64,000 nucleotides of DNA from an uncultured Acidobacteriaceae bacterium (GCA_964249715.1 CAXUDN010000002.1:14801-78800), one strand, 5' to 3'. Positions 1 to 10,258 are shown, numbered from the stretch's first letter. Numbers and translations: made by a program. Notes: generated from the sequence alone by a model not told the origin.

Positions 1-10
1 CTGAAAAGTT

Positions 11-451
11 TCAGTGAGTCTCATTGACCGAATCAGTCAACAAGTTCAACTGGCTCACGCCGCCGGTACGCAGACCGTCGATCGCATCCATCACGTTGCC
101 ATAATTGGCACGCGTGTCGGCCCGGAAATAGACCGAGTGATCGTCACCCGGGTTGGTTTTTCTAGATTCGAGATCAGCGACCTTTTGGCCGATTTGGTCC
201 TTGGTAACCCTGTCGCCGCCTACAAACAGACCGCCATCACGGGTGACCGCAACGTTAATCGCGTCTTCCTTGTTGGCGTTGTCCATGATGGTGGCTGCCG
301 TAACGACCGGCAGGTCGACGTTTACCTTGTTGTTCAACATGGGGGTTACCACCATGAAGATGATCAACAGCACGAGCATCACGTCCACCATCGGTGTGAC
401 GTTGATGTCGGAATTGACCTTTTTTCCTTCGTCCCGCTTGGCAAGTGACAT
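11..451 (-). CDS. exbD: Biopolymer transporter ExbD/TolR
   Basis: N-terminal INVTPMVDVMLVLLIIFMV motif and C-terminal RADxxxxYG; start taken at MSLAKR (ATG 451); follows exbB. Confidence 0.9.
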   Translation of the reverse strand: MSLAKRDEGKKVNSDINVTPMVDVMLVLLIIFMVVTPMLNNKVNVDLPVVTAATIMDNANKEDAINVAVTRDGGLFVGGDRVTKDQIGQKVADLESRKTNPGDDHSVYFRADTRANYGNVMDAIDGLRTGGVSQLNLLTDSVNETH

Positions 452-559
452 TGTGTTGGCTCCGTCCGGATCCGGTGATCCAGCCTGGTAGCTTGTTTCA
501 GCTACCGTTCTTGCGCCGGGTGTGAGAAAAGCTCCCACACCCGGCAGACTTCATACGGC

Positions 560-1312
560 CTAGCGGTGCGACTGCTTGATGAAGTAATCCACGAGCTCCG
601 AGGAACTGTTATCCATCTCCACGTCAAAGGCCTCGACCTTGTTGGTGAAGTAGTTGAACAGCATTACGGCTGGGATCGCGACGAGCAGACCGAACGCGGT
701 GGTGACCAGGGCCTCTGAGATACCGCCGGCAACAGCGCCGATGCCGGTAGCCTTGGAGCTTGCGATCGACTGGAACGCGTTCAAGATGCCCATCACGGTG
801 CCGAGCAGGCCGATAAACGGCGCAGTGGAGCCGATCGTGGCAAGACCACCAAGGCCCTTCTTCAGCTTGGAGTGGACGATCGCCTCAGAGCGCTCGAGTG
901 CGCGCTTGGAGCTCTCCACCTGCTCTTCGGTGATGGCGCCGCCCGAACCGAAGGAGCGAAACTCGGTGAGACCGGCGGTCACGACTTCCGCAAGATGCGA
1001 TTTCTTGCTCTTGTCGGCGACCTTGATCGCCTCGTCCAGACGACCTTCCTTCAGGGCATTCGCGACACGAGGGGCGAACTCGCGCGACTGCTTACGGGCA
1101 GCCGAAAAGTAGATGGCGCGGTCAATGATCACAGCCAACGACCAGATCGACATGATGAATAGAATGATGACGATGGCCTTGGCAAAGAGACCCATGTGGC
1201 CCCACATCTGCATCGGGCTGAAGCCTACTTCACCAGCAGGTGCATCTTGGAAAAACATGGCGAGAGGCGCGAGGGACACATGGGCGGAATGGGCGAGATG
1301 AGCGAGAATCAC
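560..1312 (-). CDS. exbB: MotA/TolQ/ExbB proton channel protein
   Basis: LATIGSTAPFIGLLGTVMGI and GISEALVTTAFGLLVAIPA signature helices; lies between tonB and exbD. Confidence 0.9.
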   Translation of the reverse strand: MILAHLAHSAHVSLAPLAMFFQDAPAGEVGFSPMQMWGHMGLFAKAIVIILFIMSIWSLAVIIDRAIYFSAARKQSREFAPRVANALKEGRLDEAIKVADKSKKSHLAEVVTAGLTEFRSFGSGGAITEEQVESSKRALERSEAIVHSKLKKGLGGLATIGSTAPFIGLLGTVMGILNAFQSIASSKATGIGAVAGGISEALVTTAFGLLVAIPAVMLFNYFTNKVEAFDVEMDNSSSELVDYFIKQSHR

Positions 1313-1543
1313 GGACTAACTCCTCCTGATCACAGGGTGCGAGTGGTTACTTTGTGGTACCGGATGTACCGTTTGCCGGTACAACGCGAGACGAGGCAAC
1401 GACAGCGAGGCTATCAAGAAAAGCTCAGAGTGTTCGGGATGACCTCAGGCTGCCGAATCGTTGCTGGGTGTGAGACTATCCCTGCCCGGTGGTGGTAACC
1501 CATCCCCCAGGCAGGGCGGTAACGTACGCGCTTGAGCTAGAGT

Positions 1544-2308
1544 CTAGCCGCCGCTGTTGAGGTTAAAGTTCACGGTGATCTGAGTTTGAACTTCGGTAGG
1601 CTCTCCGCTGAGCATGAATGGCTTGTACCGCCACTGCTTCACGGCATCGATCGCTGCCCCGGTCAACATGGCAGGTCCGCTCACAACGGTGAGATTTTGG
1701 ATCGTACCGGTCTTCGAGATGGTAGCGGCAAGGGTCACGATGCCGCTCAAACGAGCCGACCGCGCGATCGCCGGGTAGACGGGCTGTACCCGGGTCACCA
1801 ATTGACCCTGTGCCACACCGCCCGAGATACGCAGGGGACCTTTTGGCTTGGCAGCCGCAACGACCGGTCCACCCGTCCCTGATCCGGTACCTGAGGGGCT
1901 ACCGAAGAGCGAAGCAGGATTGCCGCCCGAACCGCTGGAGAGATCAGCCGAGGCCGATCCTGGAGGCGGCGGCGGTCCGGTATCCTTCATCATGTTGATG
2001 TTCTTGGGGATCTTGGCGGGTGCCCGCAGCGTCTGGTCGATCTCCGATGGTGCAGCCGCAGCCGCATGAGGAACCACGGTCTGTACGGGTGGCGGTGGCG
2101 GAGGGGGCGGCGGCGGAGGAGGGGGCGGCGGCGGGGGCGCCGTCAACGATGCCGTCAGGGAATTCTTCGGCAACGCCTCCGGATATAGAAGGGGAATCAG
2201 GATCAGCAGAGCCAAAATCGCGCCGTTAATCCCAAACGTCAGGATCATCCAGTACTTCGACTTGCTTTGGATCCTGCCGGTCGATTCAACCAGAGAGTCT
2301 TCAAACAT
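1544..2308 (-). CDS. tonB: Energy transducer TonB
   Basis: N-terminal TM anchor, long poly-Pro tract, TonB C-terminal domain (PVYPAIAR...AIDAVKQWRYKP). Confidence 0.9.
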   Translation of the reverse strand: MFEDSLVESTGRIQSKSKYWMILTFGINGAILALLILIPLLYPEALPKNSLTASLTAPPPPPPPPPPPPPPPPPVQTVVPHAAAAAPSEIDQTLRAPAKIPKNINMMKDTGPPPPPGSASADLSSGSGGNPASLFGSPSGTGSGTGGPVVAAAKPKGPLRISGGVAQGQLVTRVQPVYPAIARSARLSGIVTLAATISKTGTIQNLTVVSGPAMLTGAAIDAVKQWRYKPFMLSGEPTEVQTQITVNFNLNSGG

Positions 2309-2346
2309 AAGAGCAACCTCGGGGCTTGCGAGCGCAGCTTGCAGGC

Positions 2347-2375
2347 TTAGACACCGGGGTCATCAGATTTGTTCC
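2347..2375 (-). promoter_or_regulatory. Putative ECF (sigmaE-like) promoter of tonB-exbB-exbD
   Basis: Minus strand GGAAC-N18-GTCTAA ending 38 nt before the tonB ATG. Confidence 0.5.
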
Positions 2376-2561
2376 CGGAATTCTCATAGAAGCGCATCGC
2401 GGCGTCACGGCATGCTTCGGATCGCCATCGCGGCATGCCTTCCAATGGCCGGATCAGCTTCGCCCCGGAGCGACGTAGAGGTGTTTGGGTGAGGGTGTGC
2501 CCACCCGGGTAAATGATGCAAAGTCCTCAAATCAGATACTTTAGGTGCGGACTTCCAAGCC

Positions 2562-2578
2562 TTTTCGATGATCGAAAA
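2562..2578. promoter_or_regulatory. Perfect 8-1-8 inverted repeat, candidate operator
   Basis: TTTTCGAT-G-ATCGAAAA in the secF-tonB intergenic region. Confidence 0.4.
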
Positions 2579-2658
2579 TTGCACCATTCTGGGGCAGCCT
2601 GGACGACAGGATACCTGACGGAGGCACGCCCGCGCAGCGAGCGTGCTGGGAGCAGGAG

Positions 2659-3633
2659 CTACCGACGCACCACCCGCGCTGCCGGCAGCGCCGCCCGCTT
2701 GCCCTGGCTGCTCCGCCAGTCCTGGTAGGCGACCAGCATGGGGGCGGCAACCGCGATCGACGAATACGTACCAATCAGAATGCCGATCACCAGCGCGAAG
2801 GAAAAGCCGTGCAGCACCTCGCCGCCAAAAAGGAGAAGGCTGAGCACCGTCAGGAAGGTCAGACCGGAGGTCAGAACGGTTCGGCTTAGCGTCTGGTTGA
2901 TCGAGCGGTTCACCACCTGCGAGAGCGTTTCGCGCCGACTGAGGGCGAGATTTTCCCGGATGCGGTCGAAGACGACGATCGTGTCATTCATGGAATAGCC
3001 GATCAGCGTCAGGATCGCAGCAATAACGGTAAGCGTGATCTCCTGGTTCGTCAGGGAGAAGGCGCCTACCGTGATCAGCGTGTCGTGGAAGACGGCAACC
3101 ACGGCGGCAACGCCGTAGATGAGCTCGAAGCGGAACCAAAGATAGATCAGCATGCCGATCAGTGAATAGACCGTCGCCAGCCAGGCCTGCCGCTGCAGCT
3201 GTTTGCCGGCCGTGGGACCCACGATATCGACAGCCTGGACCGAAAATCCGGAGTCATGGTAATTGGTCCGGAGCGCGTTCTCCACCTCGGCCCGGCCCTG
3301 GTCGTGCGCCGTGTCCTGGGCGGTGGATTGCGGCAGACTGATGATCTCATTGTTGGCCGCACCCACGTTCGTGGCGCTGTTGGCCGACGAGATCGCCTGC
3401 GTGCGGAAGTCCCTGACGCCTGCGGAAGCCAGGGCCGCACGGACGTGATCCTCGTTCGGCTGAGAATCAAAGTGGACCGTTACCTGGGTGCCGCCGCGGA
3501 AGTCCACTCCCAGCGGAATGTGGTGCCAGAACAGCATACTGAAGATGCCGGCAACCGAAAAAATGAGAGAGAAGGCCAGGAAATACCATTTCCGTCCCAG
3601 CCAGTCGACCTTTACCTCGCGAAACAGTTCCAC
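2659..3633 (-). CDS. secF: Protein translocase subunit SecF
   Basis: LGVDFRGGT, HDTLIT and GYSMNDTIVVFDRIRE motifs. Confidence 0.97.
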   Translation of the reverse strand: MELFREVKVDWLGRKWYFLAFSLIFSVAGIFSMLFWHHIPLGVDFRGGTQVTVHFDSQPNEDHVRAALASAGVRDFRTQAISSANSATNVGAANNEIISLPQSTAQDTAHDQGRAEVENALRTNYHDSGFSVQAVDIVGPTAGKQLQRQAWLATVYSLIGMLIYLWFRFELIYGVAAVVAVFHDTLITVGAFSLTNQEITLTVIAAILTLIGYSMNDTIVVFDRIRENLALSRRETLSQVVNRSINQTLSRTVLTSGLTFLTVLSLLLFGGEVLHGFSFALVIGILIGTYSSIAVAAPMLVAYQDWRSSQGKRAALPAARVVRR

Positions 3634-3749
3634 GTGATTTGCTCTATCCTTTGCGCGGCGATGGTGCCATCCGCGCGGGTTCCTTCTTCGCTGCCCAGCC
3701 CGCTTCGGCCAGCAGCGGATCCCTTACGGGACCCCTCAAAACGAAAGAC

Positions 3750-5333
3750 TTAGATCGACAACGCCGCACCGCGCTCGCGCCTGGTCAAAAGCCAGTCGAA
3801 GATCACGCGCGAGACGAAGACGGCAGTGAAGAGGTTCGCCAGCAGACCGAAGACCAGGGTGACGGCGAAGCCTTTGACAGGGCCCGTACCGAAGATGAAC
3901 AGAATGCCGGCGGAGACGATCGTTGTGATGTGGGTATCGATAATTGTGATCCAGGCGTGGGCGAAGCCGTCCTGAATGGCGGTCGCGGAGGTCTTGCCCA
4001 GGCGTAGCTCTTCGCGGATGCGCTCGAAGATCAGCACGTTGGAATCGACGCCCATACCGATGGTCAGGATGACGCCCGCAATCCCCGGCAGCGTCAGCGT
4101 GGCGTGGCTGTAGCCCATAAACCCAAGCAGAATCACCAGGTTGAGCATCAGCGCCAGGTCGGCGTTGATGCCCGCGCCACGATAGTAGATCAGCATGAAC
4201 GCCATCACGGCGAGCATGCCGGCTACTGCGGCGACGATTCCCTGGTGAATGCTGGCTGCGCCGAGCGACGGACCGACGGTACGGGTTTCCAGGTACTTGA
4301 TCGACGCAGGAAGCGACCCGGTACGCAGCATCATGCTGAGATCCCCGGCCTGCTGCTGGCTGAAGCCGCCGGTGATGCGGCCCTGGTCGCGGATGGCGCC
4401 CTCGATCGTGGCTACCTCGCGAACCTTGTTCTCGAGCACAATGGCCATCTGCCCCGTGCCCTTGTTCGCGTCTGTGTACTTGAAGAAGCGGTCACCCGCT
4501 TCGGTCGTCAGCGTAAAACCGATATCGGGCCGGCCATTCTCGTCCTGCGACGGCGTCGCATCGCGGAAGTCCGGACCCTGTACGACCGCGGCCCGCTTCA
4601 GGACCCAGGCCCGGTCGGGTGTTCCCGGCGCGCCTACACCCGGAACGATCTCTTCGTCCGGCGGCACAACGCCGTTCAGAGCGGTAAGTGCCTGCTGCGG
4701 GTCGGGATAGCTGTTGACCACCTCATGAATCTCAAGCTTGGCGGTGGACTGAATGATGCTCTCTACGCGATCCGGGTTATCGACGCCCGGAAGCTGCACC
4801 AGAATCTGGTTGTCCCCCAAACCGTACTGCTCGATGACCGGTTCGGAGACGCCGAGCGAATCCACGCGCTGCCGAATCGTCTCGATGGACTGCTGCAGCG
4901 TGCGCGCTTCCGTATCGCGGATGGCGGCTTGCTTCATCGTCATCAGAAGCACCCCGTTAGGACCCGTGCTGATGTCGTAGGCCGAGTATTCATTGGCGCC
5001 GATCACGTCACGCACAGCCGATACCTGCGTCGGCGGAAAGCCGGAAACCGTGATGACCTCCGGATGGGCCGGATCCATCTTGGCTGCTTTCGCGCCTGTC
5101 ACGGCGAGCGCGGTGTTCAGGCGCTGCGCGTCGGTATCCGTGGCCGAATTCACGGCCTCCGCGACCTGCACCTGCAAAACCAGATGTGTGCCGCCCTTGA
5201 GATCCAGTCCGAGGTGGATACGATCCGTCAGTGACTGCTTGAGGCTGCCGTGCGGTATTCCGAAGATCCCGTACACGAAGATCACCAGCACCGCGACGAT
5301 GAAGCCTGCTTTTCCGGCTAGATTTCTGCCCAT
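3750..5333 (-). CDS. secD: Protein translocase subunit SecD
   Basis: LGLDLKGG, VGPSLG and GMGVDSNVLIFERIREE motifs. Confidence 0.97.
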   Translation of the reverse strand: MGRNLAGKAGFIVAVLVIFVYGIFGIPHGSLKQSLTDRIHLGLDLKGGTHLVLQVQVAEAVNSATDTDAQRLNTALAVTGAKAAKMDPAHPEVITVSGFPPTQVSAVRDVIGANEYSAYDISTGPNGVLLMTMKQAAIRDTEARTLQQSIETIRQRVDSLGVSEPVIEQYGLGDNQILVQLPGVDNPDRVESIIQSTAKLEIHEVVNSYPDPQQALTALNGVVPPDEEIVPGVGAPGTPDRAWVLKRAAVVQGPDFRDATPSQDENGRPDIGFTLTTEAGDRFFKYTDANKGTGQMAIVLENKVREVATIEGAIRDQGRITGGFSQQQAGDLSMMLRTGSLPASIKYLETRTVGPSLGAASIHQGIVAAVAGMLAVMAFMLIYYRGAGINADLALMLNLVILLGFMGYSHATLTLPGIAGVILTIGMGVDSNVLIFERIREELRLGKTSATAIQDGFAHAWITIIDTHITTIVSAGILFIFGTGPVKGFAVTLVFGLLANLFTAVFVSRVIFDWLLTRRERGAALSI

Positions 5334-5367
5334 TCTCTTCCCTAAACCTCTGCCTTGTATTTGGCCG

Positions 5368-5712
5368 CTAGCTCTTTGCGGGTTCGTCGGCGGTGACCGC
5401 CGCTATGGCCGTCTTCACGCATTCCAGCTTCACGCCATCCGGCTGCGTGCGCAAAATAAGCGCATCATCCTTCATAGTGACGATCGTTCCGCGAATGCCC
5501 CCCGTGGTGGTCACGCGATCGCCCGGTTTGAGAGCCGCGAGCTGGCTTTGCCATTGCTTTTGCTTCTTCTGGTTGGGTGCGATCAACAAAAAGTACATGG
5601 CTGCAAACATCAGCAGCAGCAGCGGCAGGCCGGTGATGGAGCTCAGAATGCCTCCCCCCGCACCGCCCGCAGCCAGCACCCAAAAGGCCAGCGTCGATAA
5701 TCCTATGATCAC
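5368..5712 (-). CDS. yajC: Preprotein translocase subunit YajC
   Basis: TM helix then PNQKKQK and LKPGDRVTTTGGIRGTI; directly upstream of secD. Start uncertain. Confidence 0.93.
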   Translation of the reverse strand: MIIGLSTLAFWVLAAGGAGGGILSSITGLPLLLLMFAAMYFLLIAPNQKKQKQWQSQLAALKPGDRVTTTGGIRGTIVTMKDDALILRTQPDGVKLECVKTAIAAVTADEPAKS

Positions 5713-5920
5713 TTCCGCACATCATGTTCCGGCGCGACACAGCGCACCAGGAACCCTTCTCCAACGAAATCGGTACCGCACGTTACCCTGGCTACGTTTC
5801 ACCGGAAGGCAAATACACAGCCGAGCCCAAGACACACCGAGGCCGGGCAACGCGCACCTAAGCTTTCAGCATCGGGGTTGCGGGTCAGCCTGTCAAGGTT
5901 CCTGGCCGGAACCGATATCT

Positions 5921-7117
5921 TTATGGCGAAGAAGTGGCAGGGGTCACGGTGATCGAAATCCCGGTAAGGTCCGTGTCGGCCACGGTTACGGATTCCTGAA
6001 CCGGCCCGAACCGCACCGAAGGGTCAGACGACGATCCTCCGCGACCGTAGGAGGCTGCCTGGGAGCTGGCGCTGACGCGCAGGGTGTAGTTGCCGGCAGG
6101 AACGTACGGCACCACGAAGCTGCCGTCCGAGGCAATTGCCCCGGTCCGATTGAGGCTGCTGTCCGTCTGATCCGTGAGGTTTACTGTGCCGGAACGAACC
6201 GAGGCGCTGCTCGCACTCACGATGCCCGAAACGTTGTGCAGCGCCGCCAGCGCCAGAAGAACGTTCACGTCGTCCCGCTCCTCGCCGGCAGCCAGGACGA
6301 TCGGCGTCGCGTCGGTTCGGCGGACCTTGTCGGGCGCGTAAACGGAAAGGGTCAGGGTGCGCCCAAAGTTCCGGTCATCTGCCCGGGCCGGCCCCGGCGC
6401 CTGCACGCTGGCCCGCAGGTAATAGCTGCCGGGAGCAAGCCCACTCAGCCGGAAGTGGCCGCGGTCGTCGGTCTGGCCGCCTGCAAAGCCCCCATTGAAG
6501 CCGCCGCCCGGGCCGCGCCCGGGGGTGGGCAGTTGCGCCAGGGTCGTCGAGGTGGCGCCGGTCGTGCTGCTTGCCGGCACAGGCTGTGCGCTGACACCGA
6601 TCCCCGCGCCGGGCGTGCCGTCATCCCATTGGACTGCCCCGGCGATGACGCCGCCACGCTGCAGACTCAAGGCCGTAGCCCCGCCGCCGGCGCCCACATG
6701 CACAAGCGGTACCCCGGAGAGCGCAGACCCCGGGTCGGCGCCGGCGCTGAGCGTGTTTTGGACCAGGGTTGCCATATTGACGTATCCCGTCAGCGAAGCG
6801 GTCACGTAGTAATCTCCCGGCGAAACGGCCGGAAGCAGAAAGTTGCCGTCAAGATCAGTCCGCGCCGAAAGCCGGCCTCCGCCGCGAAAACCGCCGTCCG
6901 ATTCGCCCGCGCCAATCAGGGTTACCTGCGCGAAGCGCGCGGCGCGCTGCGTGTCCGCGCAAGTGACGCGGCCTGTTACGGGATAGCCCGAGACGGCGGG
7001 TGGGGGCGGGGGTGGAGGAGCGCTTAGGGTCGGAGACACCTCTTGCGCCCAGAACGGACAGGACAAGCCAGCCCATGCCGTCGACAGTAGAAACACAGCC
7101 CGTAGACCGAGCCTCAT
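5921..7117 (-). CDS. Secreted protein with repeated carboxypeptidase-regulatory-like (beta-sandwich) domains
   Basis: Signal peptide, three units of type TDxxGxF...V(S/A)PGxY (TDLDGNF, TDDRGHF, ASDGSF). Confidence 0.75.
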   Translation of the reverse strand: MRLGLRAVFLLSTAWAGLSCPFWAQEVSPTLSAPPPPPPPAVSGYPVTGRVTCADTQRAARFAQVTLIGAGESDGGFRGGGRLSARTDLDGNFLLPAVSPGDYYVTASLTGYVNMATLVQNTLSAGADPGSALSGVPLVHVGAGGGATALSLQRGGVIAGAVQWDDGTPGAGIGVSAQPVPASSTTGATSTTLAQLPTPGRGPGGGFNGGFAGGQTDDRGHFRLSGLAPGSYYLRASVQAPGPARADDRNFGRTLTLSVYAPDKVRRTDATPIVLAAGEERDDVNVLLALAALHNVSGIVSASSASVRSGTVNLTDQTDSSLNRTGAIASDGSFVVPYVPAGNYTLRVSASSQAASYGRGGSSSDPSVRFGPVQESVTVADTDLTGISITVTPATSSP

Positions 7118-7208
7118 GAACCCTCACTTCGGTAAGACACTGATTGGACGCAGACAGGCGCTGCCCGGGACGCAGGGAGTTGCAGGGCTAAGCCGACCCA
7201 GGCTCGTT

Positions 7209-8363
7209 TCAGGCTGCCGCCAGCGCCAGTTCCGCGCGAACCCGGGTCATCGTTTCCAGGTAAAAGGCCAGATTGTGGATGGAATTCAGCGTCGCTCCCA
7301 AGGGCTCGCCGCTGGCAAACAGATGGCGGAGATAGGCCCGGGTGTAGCGCCGGCAGACGAGGCAGCTACAGCCCTCATCCGGGGGACGCTGATCTTCCAT
7401 GTTTTCTGCCCGCTTGATGTTCAGGCGAACGACCGCGCTGCGACGATCCTTTGGGTCTTCGCGGATAAAGAGAAGCCCATGCCGCCCAGCCCGCGTGGGG
7501 AGCACGCAATCCATCATGTCGACGCCCATCCGGGCGTATTCCTCGATCTCGTCCGGGTAGCCGACGCCCATCACATAGCGCGGCTTATCTGGGGGCAGGA
7601 ACCCGAGCGTGTGCGCGATCATCTCGCGGGTGACCTCGCGCGGCTCGCCCACCGCCAGGCCGCCGATCGCATAGCCAGGGAACTCCATTTCGACGAGCTG
7701 CTCCGCCGATTCCTGACGCAGGTCCTTGTACATCCCGCCCTGCACAATGCCGAAAAGCGACGGGTAGGAGCCGGGGGGAAGATCCCACGGCACCTCCTGC
7801 CGATGCGCTTTCCAATAGTCGACTGAGCGCTGCGCCCAGGCATGCGTCAGCCCCATGGAGTCGCGGGTGCGTTCCCAGCTTGCGGGCGTTTCGACGCACT
7901 CATCGAAGGCCATGATGACGTCCGCGCCGAGGGCGATCTGCACGGCGATGGAGTGCTCGGGCGAGAAAAAGTGCTTGGAGCCGTCCAGGTGGGAGCGGAA
8001 CTCTACGCCGTCCGGAGTGACTTTGCGCAATTTGGCGAGCGAAAAAACCTGAAAACCGCCGGAGTCGGTCAACATGGGGCGTTGCCAACTCATGAACCGG
8101 TGCACACCGCCGAGCCTCTGGATCAGCTGATGTCCCGGCCGAAGGTAGAGGTGATAGGTGTTGGCCAGGATGATCTCGGCCCCGCGTTCGTCCGCCCCGA
8201 GGGTCTCCAGGACGCCTTGCTCGACCGTCTTCACGGTAGCCGCTGTGCCCACCGGCATAAAGACCGGGGTCTGCACCGTGCCGTGCGGCAGATGCAGCGC
8301 GCCGCGGCGGCCACCTTCCGCGCTGACCGCGGTTACGTCAAAGATGAGGGACATCGCCTTCAT
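7209..8363 (-). CDS. tgt: tRNA-guanine(34) transglycosylase (bacterial preQ1 type)
   Basis: TPVFMPVGT, ANTYHL, DSGGFQ, FDEC, GGLAVGE and the CSCLVC...H zinc site; canonical position upstream of yajC-secDF. Confidence 0.97.
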   Translation of the reverse strand: MKAMSLIFDVTAVSAEGGRRGALHLPHGTVQTPVFMPVGTAATVKTVEQGVLETLGADERGAEIILANTYHLYLRPGHQLIQRLGGVHRFMSWQRPMLTDSGGFQVFSLAKLRKVTPDGVEFRSHLDGSKHFFSPEHSIAVQIALGADVIMAFDECVETPASWERTRDSMGLTHAWAQRSVDYWKAHRQEVPWDLPPGSYPSLFGIVQGGMYKDLRQESAEQLVEMEFPGYAIGGLAVGEPREVTREMIAHTLGFLPPDKPRYVMGVGYPDEIEEYARMGVDMMDCVLPTRAGRHGLLFIREDPKDRRSAVVRLNIKRAENMEDQRPPDEGCSCLVCRRYTRAYLRHLFASGEPLGATLNSIHNLAFYLETMTRVRAELALAAA

Positions 8364-8408
8364 TGTAGAAGGGTGGGGCGGAGTCCTTAGACCTCAGGAT
8401 CTCTACTG

Positions 8409-9284
8409 TTAGAGAACTCGCGGGCTAATTTGCGGAGCTACCGGTGTGGACGGGGCACTCTGCGGGGGAGGCGCTTGGGGCGCGGGCGGAGCGGCTGGAA
8501 CCGATGGCGCGGGCGGAACGGCGGGTATTTCAGGTATCACCATCCCTTCAGGCAGGTTCTGCCAAATTCTCATGCCCTTTTGCGCAAGCAGCACTTCGTT
8601 CTGAAGTTCCTCCGTGTTCAGTTGGGGCATGTCCAGGTTCAAGTGCTGGAGGTCGCCAAGCTGTACCTGGACGGCCGCGCTGGTTGCCGCCACCTCCGCC
8701 TGTGCAGCCGCAAATTCCGGCTGCATCATCGCCATCAAGGCACCTGGCGGGAGGTGATTGAACAGATCCGGCATGCTGCCCAGGTCAAGGCTTCCGCCCT
8801 GTCCGTTGCTGCGCTTTATGGTGTGGATGAACGTCAGCTCTTTCGGTTCCACCGTGATGATGGCCTGTTCCATCATGCCGTCGGTACGCCGCTTGTAGCA
8901 GATGTCCGTACTTTCGCCGCTCTTCAGGTCGCGCGTGTGCACGGAGCAGTGCCAATCGCCCGTGTTCAGGCGTTTTCGGATCTCTTCGACATCGGCAATG
9001 TTGTACATGCCGGGTTTTGGGTACTCATAGGTTCGCACCACGTTGAGAACCATGTTGCGCGCGCGTTTGGCGTCCTTGCCCCCGACCATGTCCAGCGTGT
9101 CCGGGTCCATGGTCACCTCGGTGACATCGCTTGCCCCGTTGGCGAACTTCTCCGTCCCGGCAAACAGATCATCCTTCACCGGCGAGCTGGTCTGGGCCTG
9201 CATCATGCCTTTGCCGCTGGCCATTGCCGCCGTAAGAACCAACGCAGTCATCCAGTTCATCGCTCCCACACGCCGTATCACCAT
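8409..9284 (-). CDS. Secreted DUF4252-like protein with Pro-rich C-terminus
   Basis: AGGAGG before ATG 9284, signal peptide, ASDVTEVTMD...VRTYEY...EPKELTFIH pattern; third gene after ECF sigma and anti-sigma. Confidence 0.6.
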   Translation of the reverse strand: MVIRRVGAMNWMTALVLTAAMASGKGMMQAQTSSPVKDDLFAGTEKFANGASDVTEVTMDPDTLDMVGGKDAKRARNMVLNVVRTYEYPKPGMYNIADVEEIRKRLNTGDWHCSVHTRDLKSGESTDICYKRRTDGMMEQAIITVEPKELTFIHTIKRSNGQGGSLDLGSMPDLFNHLPPGALMAMMQPEFAAAQAEVAATSAAVQVQLGDLQHLNLDMPQLNTEELQNEVLLAQKGMRIWQNLPEGMVIPEIPAVPPAPSVPAAPPAPQAPPPQSAPSTPVAPQISPRVL

Positions 9285-9354
9285 CTTCCGCCTCCTGTGT
9301 CTTTGCCGAAAAATTCTTCCTTTGAATGAAGCTCCAGGGTGCGAGCCCTGAGAT

Positions 9355-9708
9355 TTAATCTTCCCTAAAAATTCCTGCCCGCTCCAACTGCTCCCGCGTG
9401 TGCGCCAGCGTTTGATCGGTGATGCGCGTCGCCGTCTCAAACTGCTGGTTGGCGGTGGCCCGCTCGCGCGCCTGTTCGCGGCGATGCTGAAACGTTCCTG
9501 CCAGGAACGTCGCAGCGATCACGCTTGCGGCCATCGCTCCGCTTACGGCTGTCCGCCACCTTGGGAAGGCCAGCATCGTCGCCCGCTTCGGCGGTGTCGC
9601 CCGCGCCATCACCCGATCCGCAAAGCCGGCGGGCGCGTCGGTGTGTCGCAGAGCCGCGGTCAAATCACGCTCCAATGCGCTCTCCTGTTCCCTCTCTGTT
9701 CGGTCCAT
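9355..9708 (-). CDS. Putative single-pass anti-sigma factor
   Basis: APAGFADRVM motif, one TM segment, immediately downstream of the ECF sigma gene. Confidence 0.65.
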   Translation of the reverse strand: MDRTEREQESALERDLTAALRHTDAPAGFADRVMARATPPKRATMLAFPRWRTAVSGAMAASVIAATFLAGTFQHRREQARERATANQQFETATRITDQTLAHTREQLERAGIFRED

Positions 9709-9712
9709 CGCC

Positions 9713-10243
9713 TCAGGCCCCCTGTCCACGCACATACTCCTTCATCGTTACGGCGGCTTTCTGCCGAAGCAGTTTCAGCCCCCGTTGCAAATTGCTCTTC
9801 ACCGTCGCCGGGGGTTGCCCCAGCGTTTGGGCAATCTCCTCGGCTGACATATCTTCGCCGTACTTCAACACCACCGCCACGCGCATGGCTTCCGGCAGGC
9901 TGCCGACCATTGTTTCAAGCCGATTCGCCACACGGTTGTGTACGCCGGCATCCGGCGCCGCGAAGCCGTGCTGCTCTTCCATCCACATCTCGGCGCCGGC
10001 TTCGGGCTGCCGTGCATGCCGGCGAAGGGAGTCGGTTGCCCGGTGAACGGCGACGCGACGCAGCCAGTAGCGAATATGGTCTTCACTCTGCAGCCGCTCC
10101 GCCGAGCGGTAAAGCTCAAGAAACACGTCCTGCGCAACCTCCTCGGCATTTCCATGGTCACGGACGATGCGCAGCGCAATGGAAAACACCATACGCTGAT
10201 GCTGCTCCACCAGTTTTCGGAACTCGCCCGGGTCGATCGTCAT
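9713..10243 (-). CDS. ECF-family sigma-70 factor
   Basis: Region 2 (AEEVAQDVF...WLRRVA) and region 4 (EIAQTLGQPPATVKSNLQRG); AAAGGA before ATG 10243. Confidence 0.92.
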   Translation of the reverse strand: MTIDPGEFRKLVEQHQRMVFSIALRIVRDHGNAEEVAQDVFLELYRSAERLQSEDHIRYWLRRVAVHRATDSLRRHARQPEAGAEMWMEEQHGFAAPDAGVHNRVANRLETMVGSLPEAMRVAVVLKYGEDMSAEEIAQTLGQPPATVKSNLQRGLKLLRQKAAVTMKEYVRGQGA

Positions 10244-10258
10244 CGTTGTTCCTTTGCC

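Noticed and set aside
2088-2140. G-rich GGC/GGA/GGG tandem tract as a repeat or G-quadruplex element
   Set aside because: Explained by the TonB poly-proline linker.
2309-2658. Cobalamin riboswitch or Fur box upstream of tonB
   Set aside because: No B12-box or GATAATGAT-like pattern recognised on the coding strand.
3718-3735. GNRA-capped hairpin between secD and secF
   Set aside because: Single 7-bp stem without a U tract; at most an mRNA stability element.
5393-7027. 544-aa plus-strand ORF and other long antisense ORFs (e.g. 9400-10764, 48011-49315, 55823-57580, 60973-62541)
   Set aside because: Shadow frames of well-supported genes in GC-rich DNA; Arg/Pro-rich, with no motifs.
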